DNA of 35,243 nucleotides from a virus (Duplodnaviria; Heunggongvirae; Uroviricota; Caudoviricetes): IMG/VR virus record IMGVR_UViG_2737471821_000011, positions 1 to 35,243 of that record; one strand, 5' to 3'. Shown piece by piece: positions 26,984 to 33,971 of this stretch (position 1 is its first letter; each line of letters starts with the position of its first letter). The notes under the pieces were generated by a model. It saw only the letters and a program-made list of their open reading frames with translations, ran no database searches and was not told where the DNA came from. The position numbers and the translations under genes were made by a program.

Positions 26984-28782
26984 GTTACTTTGGCCTTAAT
27001 CCAGTAAACCAGAATCAGCAGCTTGACGAAGCAGCATCAAATCCAGCTGGCTTTAACAGCGATGTTGGTTTTTTCGACAATGCTGTAGGAGCGGCATTGT
27101 CTGGTTTGTACTCCGGGCTGGTGGCAAAGCCAGATCAGTTGCTATGGGCAGGGATGGATAAAATCGTATCCCCGATTGCTCAGTTTGTTAACGAAAACAC
27201 CTCGCTCAATGACACTTCAGTTTCATACATTGCCGAGCAGAGAAAACTAGCAGAGCAGCAGGTTAAGCGGCTGACGCCTGATGCCGCGACAACCGGAACC
27301 GCCGGGCAGGTTCTTTATGGGTTGTTCGATATGGGCGGGCAGGCTGTTGTCGGTACAACGCTCGGTGGTCCGGTCGGAGGTGCTGCGGCGGTAACTTCGC
27401 TACAGGGTTTTTCTGAGTTTGAACGACTGACAGCGCAGGGGGTTGATTTCAGGACGGCGCAGGAAGCGGGATTAGTGCAGGGTATTACTGCTGGTGCCGG
27501 AACACTGATCCCTATGAGTCTCGGGTTACGTGCTGGTGGTGCGCTAGCGGAAGGTGTGGCGGCTCAGCTTGCGCGGACGGGTGAAAGTTCAGTGCGACGC
27601 GCCGCGGCAACAGCAGTACGTGCAACGCCAGATATTGCCTATGCCGCAGGTACAAATATTGCGTTCGGTATGGCACAGCGCGGGCTTACTGCAAAAACGC
27701 TTCGTGATGGTGGCTATAGCGAAATGGCTAACCAGTATGATGTGTTGGATCGACAGGCAATTGCTATTGATGCTGTTCTTGGGGTGGCTTTTGGTGGTGT
27801 CGGCAGATTTATTAACTCTCGCGGCGAGTCTACAAACGCACCAAACTTTTCACCAGTTGATATCGATGCTGCACTGGCGGCGAATGCCGCTCATCATGCT
27901 GAAATTGATATTGCTCCCGGCGTGCCGATCAATGTGCTTTCGCGCAATTCTCACATTCAGGCTCTGCGAAAAGCTATGTCTGATGTTAGCCAAGGGAGAC
28001 CTGTAGACGTTGCCAGCATTGTTGAGTCTGCATCTTTCAGTGAAATTCCTGGGCGCAAGAATCTGCTGTCTCAGGCAGTTAATGAGGCTCTGTCATCTGT
28101 AGATGATGGAGTAACGGCGCGCGCTATCGAAAATCGGTTGCTTGAAGAACAGGCTGCGCAGCTTTTGCCGCGTGGCGATAGACAGGTTTACCAGTCTGAA
28201 ATCGCTAATAGCCAACGAATTATCGACAATCTCACTGAACAGCGCGCACAAATTCTTGCAGAAGAGCCAACTGGTAGCGGTAAAGCTTTGTCTCGTGCTC
28301 GATCAGATAAACAGGCCAGAATTCGCGATATTGACCAACGAATCCGGCAGGCACAAGAACGCCTGGAATTTTCCCGTAACGCGTTGGCGCCGCACGAGCC
28401 TGGAGGTCAGTTTTTTGAAGCTCGAGCAGAACTGGCACGGCGACAGCAGGCAGAAAGTGAACTTAATGCTCAGGCTGTTTCATTCTATAAAACAGCAGAG
28501 GTCAGGACGCCAGACGAAGTAGCTCCTTTTGAGCCCGGTAAGATATTGCAACAGACAGAACAAAAAATGATGGCAGATCCGGCAGGAGATATTGATCTGC
28601 GTATAGCTGAAGACTCGCTGCTTGAATCTCCGGACATGATAATCACCGTGCTGGATGATGATGGTAATCCACAATCGCGCAGTGCGCGTGAAGTACTGGA
28701 TGAAGCGAACAGGGAAAGTGAGCAGGCAATACAGGATTCCAGCCTGTTTGATGTTGCTGTGGCGTGTTTCTTGAGAGGTTAA
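26980..28782 (+). CDS. Internal virion / ejection protein
   Basis: 600-aa ORF, ATGA overlap; Gly/Ala-rich N-terminal half. Confidence 0.5.
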   Translation: MSYFGLNPVNQNQQLDEAASNPAGFNSDVGFFDNAVGAALSGLYSGLVAKPDQLLWAGMDKIVSPIAQFVNENTSLNDTSVSYIAEQRKLAEQQVKRLTPDAATTGTAGQVLYGLFDMGGQAVVGTTLGGPVGGAAAVTSLQGFSEFERLTAQGVDFRTAQEAGLVQGITAGAGTLIPMSLGLRAGGALAEGVAAQLARTGESSVRRAAATAVRATPDIAYAAGTNIAFGMAQRGLTAKTLRDGGYSEMANQYDVLDRQAIAIDAVLGVAFGGVGRFINSRGESTNAPNFSPVDIDAALAANAAHHAEIDIAPGVPINVLSRNSHIQALRKAMSDVSQGRPVDVASIVESASFSEIPGRKNLLSQAVNEALSSVDDGVTARAIENRLLEEQAAQLLPRGDRQVYQSEIANSQRIIDNLTEQRAQILAEEPTGSGKALSRARSDKQARIRDIDQRIRQAQERLEFSRNALAPHEPGGQFFEARAELARRQQAESELNAQAVSFYKTAEVRTPDEVAPFEPGKILQQTEQKMMADPAGDIDLRIAEDSLLESPDMIITVLDDDGNPQSRSAREVLDEANRESEQAIQDSSLFDVAVACFLRG

Positions 28783-28787
28783 ATTAA

Positions 28788-31262
28788 ATGAGACAGGAAT
28801 GTATACAAGCGGTCCAGCAGGTGGCGCAGCGCGCGTTAACGGCGCGAGAAATACAGAACATTGAAGACCGCATTTATCGAAATATGCGCTCCATTGCTCG
28901 TGATGACCCGATGTCGTGGCGACAACTTTCCGAATCAGAACGGTTGTATCGTGCAGCACAATTGGCATCTGAAGAATTACAGCGAGAAGCGGCATTAAAG
29001 AAACGTCGTGTGGCCCTCGCTATAGCCGCACGTCAGAGATTGGATAAATTTATCAATAGCTATCAAGGGGCTGATGGGAAACTTGGCGCTCTTAACCGTA
29101 CTATTGCTTTTAATGCAGACGGTAAATCGAATTTCCTCTCTGTTGAATCCAGAACAAAAGCCACTCGTGATTATGCATTGAGTCAATTGCAGGAGGCATT
29201 TGAAGCAGTTGATCCTCGCTTTTTTGGCCTGTTTGAAGATGAAGCGGGCGTGCGTGACCTGGTATATGAAATGCGAGGGCAAAATACTGGCAATGCTAAA
29301 GCAAGAAAAGGTGCTAAGGCGTGGAGAGAAGTGACAGATCTACTTCGCCGCCGGTTTAATGATGCTGGTGGGGACATTGGCTATCTCGAAAACTGGGGGA
29401 TCCCTCAACATCATTCTATGGAAAAGGTTGGGGCGGTATCAAAGGATAAGTGGGTTAGCGATGTTATAGGTAAGCTGGATCGCAAATATTATACCCGAGC
29501 CGATGGACAACTGATGAACGATGCCGAGTTGTCTGCATTTCTTGGAGAGGCTTATAACACGATCGCTACTGGTGGGCTGAATAAGCTTACTGATACCGGA
29601 ATGCGAATTTCCGGCGCACGTGCTAACCGTGGTAATGCATCACGACAGATACATTTCAAAGATGCAGATTCCTATCTCCAATATCAACAACTTTATGGCG
29701 ATCGCTCTCTATGGGAAATCATGGTCGGTCACCTGGAAGGTATCAGTAAAGATATTGCTCTGGTGGAAACATATGGTCCAAACCCCGATCATGTTTTCCG
29801 CTCTCTTCTTGATCAGGTGAAGGCAGAAACGGCAACAGCTAACCCGAGTAAAACCGGTAAAGTCGAGCGGCTGGCGAACAACACAGAGAATCTGTACAAC
29901 TTTATTTCCGGAAAGACACAGCCTGTAGCGAATCCGCACATCGCGCGATGGTCTGACAATATCCGCAACTGGCTGGTTGCCAGCAGACTCGGTTCCGCGT
30001 TGCTGTCATCGTTCTCTGATCTTGGGACCATGTATCTGTCTGCGAAGGTGACCAACCTTCCAATGAACCAGTTATTCCGCAACCAGCTTGAAGCTATGGA
30101 CCCAACGAACCGTACAGAACTTGCGCGGGCGCGCCGCGCTGGTCTGGCGATGGAATCTCTACTTGGCAGCGTTAACCGCTGGGCGATGGATAATATGGGG
30201 CCGTCAGTGTCTCGTTGGGCGGCAACGGCGGTAATGCGTGCCAGTGGGCTTACAGCATGGTCAGATGCGCACAAGCGCGCCTATGGCGTAACCATGATGG
30301 GAAGCCTGGGAGAAGTAGTGTCACGGACACCAGACCTTCGTAGCCTCGATGATTCTGATTTTCGCATCCTGAAAAGCAAAGGGATTACTGACACAGACTG
30401 GAGCGTATGGAAGCTGGCGCAACAGGAGGACTGGGGGAACGGCAATAATACGATGCTGACACCGGAAAGCATTATGCGTATCCCTGATTCAGCAGTTAAA
30501 CATCTTGGTGAGCCTGAACGCGTGAAATTTGAGGCAATGCGTAAACTGCTCGGTGCCGTAACTGAAGAAGTTGATATGGCTGTTATTACACCTGGAGCAC
30601 GTGAGCAGCTGATAACCGGTTCTGGTATTCAGCGTGGAACATGGAAAGGTGAATTAACGAGAAGTGTTTTCCTGTTTAAATCGTTCCCTATCTCGGTTGT
30701 TATGCGTCACTGGTCACGCGCTATGGGTATGCCGTCTGCTGGTGGTCGTGCGGCATATATTGCGACGTTTATTGTCAGTACGACCATTCTTGGCGCTTTG
30801 TCGCAGCAACTTAACGACCTTGCGTCTGGTCGTAATCCTCGAGAGATGACAGGAGAAGATGCCGCAAAATTCTGGCTTGGTGCTCTACTGAAAGGTGGTG
30901 GTCTTGGCCTTTACGGTGACTTTTTATTGTCAGATCACACTAGGTACGGAAGCGGCGCGCTGGCGTCGATGCTTGGCCCGGTAGCTGGTCTGGTTGATGA
31001 CGTAGTGAAGATTGCTCAGGGCATACCGTTAAATGCTGTGGAAGGGAAGAGTGAGCAGACTGGTGGTGATCTGGTGAAGCTGGGGAAAGGTTTGATGCCA
31101 GGTGCGAATCTCTGGTACTTAAAGGCGGCTCTCGATCATATGATCTTTAACCAGATGCAGGAGTATTTTTCACCAGGCTATTTGCGTAAAATGGAGCAAC
31201 GTTCGAAGAAAGAGTTTAATCAGACATACTGGTGGCGACCTCAGGATGTCACTCCGCAATAA
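28788..31262 (+). CDS. Large internal virion / ejection protein
   Basis: 824-aa ORF; last large gene of the late operon. Confidence 0.5.
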   Translation: MRQECIQAVQQVAQRALTAREIQNIEDRIYRNMRSIARDDPMSWRQLSESERLYRAAQLASEELQREAALKKRRVALAIAARQRLDKFINSYQGADGKLGALNRTIAFNADGKSNFLSVESRTKATRDYALSQLQEAFEAVDPRFFGLFEDEAGVRDLVYEMRGQNTGNAKARKGAKAWREVTDLLRRRFNDAGGDIGYLENWGIPQHHSMEKVGAVSKDKWVSDVIGKLDRKYYTRADGQLMNDAELSAFLGEAYNTIATGGLNKLTDTGMRISGARANRGNASRQIHFKDADSYLQYQQLYGDRSLWEIMVGHLEGISKDIALVETYGPNPDHVFRSLLDQVKAETATANPSKTGKVERLANNTENLYNFISGKTQPVANPHIARWSDNIRNWLVASRLGSALLSSFSDLGTMYLSAKVTNLPMNQLFRNQLEAMDPTNRTELARARRAGLAMESLLGSVNRWAMDNMGPSVSRWAATAVMRASGLTAWSDAHKRAYGVTMMGSLGEVVSRTPDLRSLDDSDFRILKSKGITDTDWSVWKLAQQEDWGNGNNTMLTPESIMRIPDSAVKHLGEPERVKFEAMRKLLGAVTEEVDMAVITPGAREQLITGSGIQRGTWKGELTRSVFLFKSFPISVVMRHWSRAMGMPSAGGRAAYIATFIVSTTILGALSQQLNDLASGRNPREMTGEDAAKFWLGALLKGGGLGLYGDFLLSDHTRYGSGALASMLGPVAGLVDDVVKIAQGIPLNAVEGKSEQTGGDLVKLGKGLMPGANLWYLKAALDHMIFNQMQEYFSPGYLRKMEQRSKKEFNQTYWWRPQDVTPQ

Positions 31263-31271
31263 GGATGAGAA

Positions 31272-31373
31272 ATGATTGCTTTTATTCTTGTTGTGTTTGC
31301 GCTTGTTGCACTTGGCGTTATGAACCGTAATGTATCATTGACGATGGCGAATTTGCTGTTGCAGTTATTTTGA
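31272..31373 (+). CDS. Possible 33-aa hydrophobic peptide
   Basis: ATG with AGGA RBS 10 nt after the preceding stop; translation MIAFILVVFALVALGVMNRNVSLTMANLLLQLF is a single predicted transmembrane helix. Below the track cut-off. Confidence 0.3.
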   Translation: MIAFILVVFALVALGVMNRNVSLTMANLLLQLF

Positions 31374-31418
31374 TATTATCTGGTGTAGCAGGGTACATAG
31401 GCTTGTCATAACGTGAGC

Positions 31419-31430
31419 GTGACATGTCAC
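31419..31430. repeat. Perfect 12-bp palindrome GTGACATGTCAC (copy 3 of 3)
   Basis: Read directly; immediately precedes the late-operon terminator. Confidence 0.8.
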
Positions 31431-31455
31431 AGGCCGCTTTCGCGGCCTTGTTTTT
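31431..31455 (+). terminator. Intrinsic terminator at the end of the late operon
   Basis: AGGCCGC-TTTC-GCGGCCT followed by TGTTTTT. Confidence 0.75.
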
Positions 31456-31615
31456 AACGAATACCACCGCCGCCAGGGCGGGAATCCGCAGAACGCCCAC
31501 CGCAGCGGGAGCCGTCAGCGGCAGTATCGCTGTCGTGCTGACAACGACCGGCAAAGGCCTGAGTTGAAGCTACCAGAGACAACAAAACGAACAGTGCAGC
31601 AAATGCTTTTTTCAT
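31454..31615 (-). CDS. Small secreted protein (about 53-aa precursor with Sec signal peptide)
   Basis: Internal ATG of the track ORF gives MKKAFAALFVLLSLVASTQAFA followed by GRCQHDSDTAADGSRCGGRSADSRPGGGGIR: a textbook n/h/c signal peptide with AxA cleavage site and a 31-aa Gly-rich mature peptide with two Cys. RBS is weak. Confidence 0.45.
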   Translation of the reverse strand: MKKAFAALFVLLSLVASTQAFAGRCQHDSDTAADGSRCGGRSADSRPGGGGIR

Positions 31616-31687
31616 TGTGAAATTTCCATCTATAAGCCACCTCAATGTGGCGTCAATGAGTGTAGCACTGACTTTTGTTTCGTCCAC

Positions 31688-31709
31688 AAAAAAGCCCGCG
31701 CTGCGGGCT
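31688..31709 (-). terminator. Intrinsic terminator after the 31714..32346 gene
   Basis: GCCCGC-GCT-GCGGGC followed on the minus strand by a U run (forward A6 ~31688-31693). Confidence 0.65.
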
Positions 31710-31713
31710 TCTA

Positions 31714-32346
31714 TTAATGCAGTTTATCTTTGCTTATAACCAGTAGTCTGTGGGTATGCACATCTTTATCACTGCCCCAACAGAAATCAGCCCACTGGCT
31801 ATAGAAATCATCCCATGATGTCATGAAGCTAAGAGGTCTATCTTCTTCAGAGCCATCTGAAACGTATACATTATATCCCGGGGTGTTTATAGCCCAAGAA
31901 ATCATTCTTTCCCAGAATCTTCTCCCATCGATTGTTTGTTGCTCATCAGATACAACAATCGCATATTGCTCTAGGAAGAACTGAAAAAAAATCTGAGGCA
32001 AACCATGAACAGCACGGTCATGAATAACATTAGGCGTACGCCATACCATGATCTGCGTACATGTTCTTTTGGCTTCGACGATATCTTCCCGAAAGATTAA
32101 CTTAACCGCATACACCGTTTCTGGAGTATCGCTGGTAGTAATCATTCTGTAATGATCGCCATTACAAGATTTTACAAGGCGATAACCATAAGGTGTTGTG
32201 AATCCCGGAAGAACGAAATCAACCACACCTTTCGCTAAGTAGCTTTCGGTGTGACTAGTGTTCTTCTCAGACATGTTCAGTTTTCTATCGAAATCTGCTT
32301 CTGGGATAATGTATGGCATCGCTTTTCTTGTTGTATTTGTTCTCAT
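31714..32346 (-). CDS. Hypothetical protein (210 aa), unknown function
   Basis: ORF with GGAGG RBS, own promoter-like hexamers and operator, own terminator. No motif I recognise; C-terminus rich in W/D/F. Confidence 0.5.
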   Translation of the reverse strand: MRTNTTRKAMPYIIPEADFDRKLNMSEKNTSHTESYLAKGVVDFVLPGFTTPYGYRLVKSCNGDHYRMITTSDTPETVYAVKLIFREDIVEAKRTCTQIMVWRTPNVIHDRAVHGLPQIFFQFFLEQYAIVVSDEQQTIDGRRFWERMISWAINTPGYNVYVSDGSEEDRPLSFMTSWDDFYSQWADFCWGSDKDVHTHRLLVISKDKLH

Positions 32347-32405
32347 TTCGTCCTCCCATGTTTGGCTACAGGACGCGTTTTGAAGGGAAGATTAAAAATG
32401 CTTTC

Positions 32406-32420
32406 TTACCCTTGAGGTAA
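32406..32420. promoter_or_regulatory. Operator-like inverted repeat TTACC-CTTGA-GGTAA
   Basis: Perfect copy directly abutting the -10-like hexamer of the promoter below. Confidence 0.6.
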
Positions 32421-32448
32421 TAGTACGCTATTCACCCCCAGTCTGCAA
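32420..32448 (-). promoter_or_regulatory. Putative sigma70-type promoter for the 31714..32346 gene
   Basis: Minus strand TTGCAG - 17 bp - TACTAT. Confidence 0.4.
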
Positions 32449-32492
32449 TCTGTACAGAATTATTTAAAGGCACATCCCTGTGCCGCCGCCCG

Positions 32493-33203
32493 TCAGAAGA
32501 ACCCTGCCTTGTCGTTGATGTACTCCGCGTGCGTCTGGATATCACGCAGGCATTTGCTCACACCGACGATGTAGCAGAACATGGTGGTCAGTTCCGCCGC
32601 CGCGCCCGATACGTCGTGCCCGTCTTCCTGTAACTGGTTTAGCAGATTCATCAGCAGTGAGCTCTCCGTCAGGCCGAGAACACCAGACGGCGAATGAATC
32701 AGGCTACGGTAGCCTGGCTTCAGTGGGGCACTGTAGGTTTTGTTCTCTATCTTCATTGCCTGCATCACTGCTGATGCTGTGGCGTTGGCTACCTGGTCGG
32801 CAACCATCTTTATGCGTTCTTCCTGCGGGAGCGAGTTTTTAATGTAACTTCCGGTGCGGCGGATCTGAGGAAGAACCTCACCTGTAACCCATTTACGAAA
32901 GCGGTAGGGGATAGTGCCTGGTGTCACCGCATCGCGGCAGCGGAGGATCAGTGTGTAGAGGCCTGACTCGGAGATGATGTTGATCTCTTTTACTCGGCTA
33001 TCAAAAATTGCACGATGTTCATGCCCTATGTTGAACATAGACCTTTCATCATCATCCAGTTTTTCAAGTGATTGGGTGACGTTTTGGATACGCAGCGCAC
33101 TACAAACGTCTTGGGCTACAAACCATGGTTGGCCATCGATAATGATGGAACGGATAGGGTTAACAGATTCAAATTTGAAGATGGCAGTTTGAGCATTAGC
33201 CAT
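32493..33203 (-). CDS. Antirepressor (N-terminal BRO-N domain)
   Basis: From the ATG at 33203 (GGAG RBS): FKFESVNPIRSIIIDGQPWFVAQDVCSALRIQN is the BRO-N signature; the C-terminal domain is homologous to the small protein at 33519..33776. Confidence 0.8.
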   Translation of the reverse strand: MANAQTAIFKFESVNPIRSIIIDGQPWFVAQDVCSALRIQNVTQSLEKLDDDERSMFNIGHEHRAIFDSRVKEINIISESGLYTLILRCRDAVTPGTIPYRFRKWVTGEVLPQIRRTGSYIKNSLPQEERIKMVADQVANATASAVMQAMKIENKTYSAPLKPGYRSLIHSPSGVLGLTESSLLMNLLNQLQEDGHDVSGAAAELTTMFCYIVGVSKCLRDIQTHAEYINDKAGFF

Positions 33204-33359
33204 GGTGGTTATCTCCACTTAGTGATTTTAATCACCACCGCAACGCCAATTACTGGTGGTGAACTGGACAAGGTTGGCGTACCGGCCTAAGTGGTACCGG
33301 CGTCCTTTCGGACCCCTGCCCAGCCCACCATAATTCGGATATGGCTGTGCTTAACGCAT

Positions 33360-33481
33360 AAAAAAACCACGTCTGGCGTGGTATGCGCCACTTAGTAACT
33401 CGGGACGCCAATCCCGGCACTGGATTTTGCCAGTGCCCGATTACTATGGCACAAGAGGAGTGCGATGTAAATTTACCGCAA
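33360..33481 (-). ncRNA. Candidate structured leader or small RNA upstream of the antirepressor
   Basis: Putative promoter and operator at ~33473-33515, then stem-loops (GGGCACTGG...CCAGTGCCGGG), a single-stranded ACUAAGUGG element and an intrinsic terminator (CCACG-CCAGA-CGTGG plus U7, forward A run ~33360-33366). No plausible ORF. Confidence 0.3.
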
Positions 33482-33487
33482 AGGTAA
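33473..33487. promoter_or_regulatory. Operator-like inverted repeat TTACC-GCAAA-GGTAA
   Basis: Perfect copy adjacent to the -10 of the promoter below. Confidence 0.6.
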
Positions 33488-33515
33488 ATATAAGCACTCA
33501 TCTTGGTAATTTCAA
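33488..33515 (-). promoter_or_regulatory. Putative sigma70-type promoter of the antirepressor leader
   Basis: Minus strand TTGAAA - 16 bp - TTATAT. Confidence 0.45.
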
Positions 33516-33518
33516 ATC

Positions 33519-33776
33519 TTATCTGGTTTGTTTTCGTAATTGTTCGGCACAATAGTCGAGATGTGTTTGCAGATCCCGCATAGACATCTGTGAGCTGGTG
33601 ACGTAGTTAATCAGTGCAGTCAGTTCGGCAAGTGGGCCATCGACATTAAATCCATCCTTATCGAGATCCCGGAGTAATTTCATCAAGTGCGATCCCTCCA
33701 CCAGTGATCTGACGCCTCCCGGCGTGTGAATCCTTTCGGTAAATCCGTCTTCCAGTGGATAGTGATACTGCTGCAT
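33519..33776 (-). CDS. Small protein homologous to the antirepressor C-terminal domain (candidate SOS-induced antirepressor)
   Basis: ATG at 33776 (GGAG RBS). GFTERIHTPGGVRSLVEGSHLMKLLRDLDKDGFNVDGPLAELT...MRDLQTHLDY aligns with the C-terminus of the 32493..33203 protein (GYRSLIHSPSGVLGLTESSLLMNLLNQLQEDGHDVSGAAAELT...LRDIQTHAEY). LexA box 22-40 bp upstream. Confidence 0.6.
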   Translation of the reverse strand: MQQYHYPLEDGFTERIHTPGGVRSLVEGSHLMKLLRDLDKDGFNVDGPLAELTALINYVTSSQMSMRDLQTHLDYCAEQLRKQTR

Positions 33777-33795
33777 CTTATCTTCTCCATGCAAT

Positions 33796-33815
33796 AACTG
33801 TATATTTATACAGTA
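33796..33815. promoter_or_regulatory. LexA box (SOS operator)
   Basis: AACTGTATATTTATACAGTA against the E. coli consensus TACTGTATATATATACAGTA: CTGT-N8-ACAG with an AT-rich spacer; overlaps a -10-like TATAAA. Confidence 0.7.
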
Positions 33816-33843
33816 TCAAATAATTTGTTTGCTATCCAGCACG

Positions 33844-33858
33844 TTTTGTAAATTACCC
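33844..33858. promoter_or_regulatory. Operator-like inverted repeat TTACC-CGAAA-GGTAA
   Basis: Perfect copy in the divergent region between the minus-strand antirepressor operon and the tailspike gene. Confidence 0.6.
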
Positions 33859-33971
33859 GAAAGGTAATATCTATTCGTATTTACAGTCTTTCTATCCATA
33901 TGTGGTTTTTCAGGTAATAGAATAACCAGATATGCGGCGCAACGGGTGCTGCGACTATCTGGAGATTTAAC

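Noticed and set aside
33250-33552. Track ORF of 100 aa on the minus strand upstream of the antirepressor
   Set aside because: It runs across a promoter, an operator and an intrinsic terminator and has no RBS; the region is better explained as a structured RNA leader.
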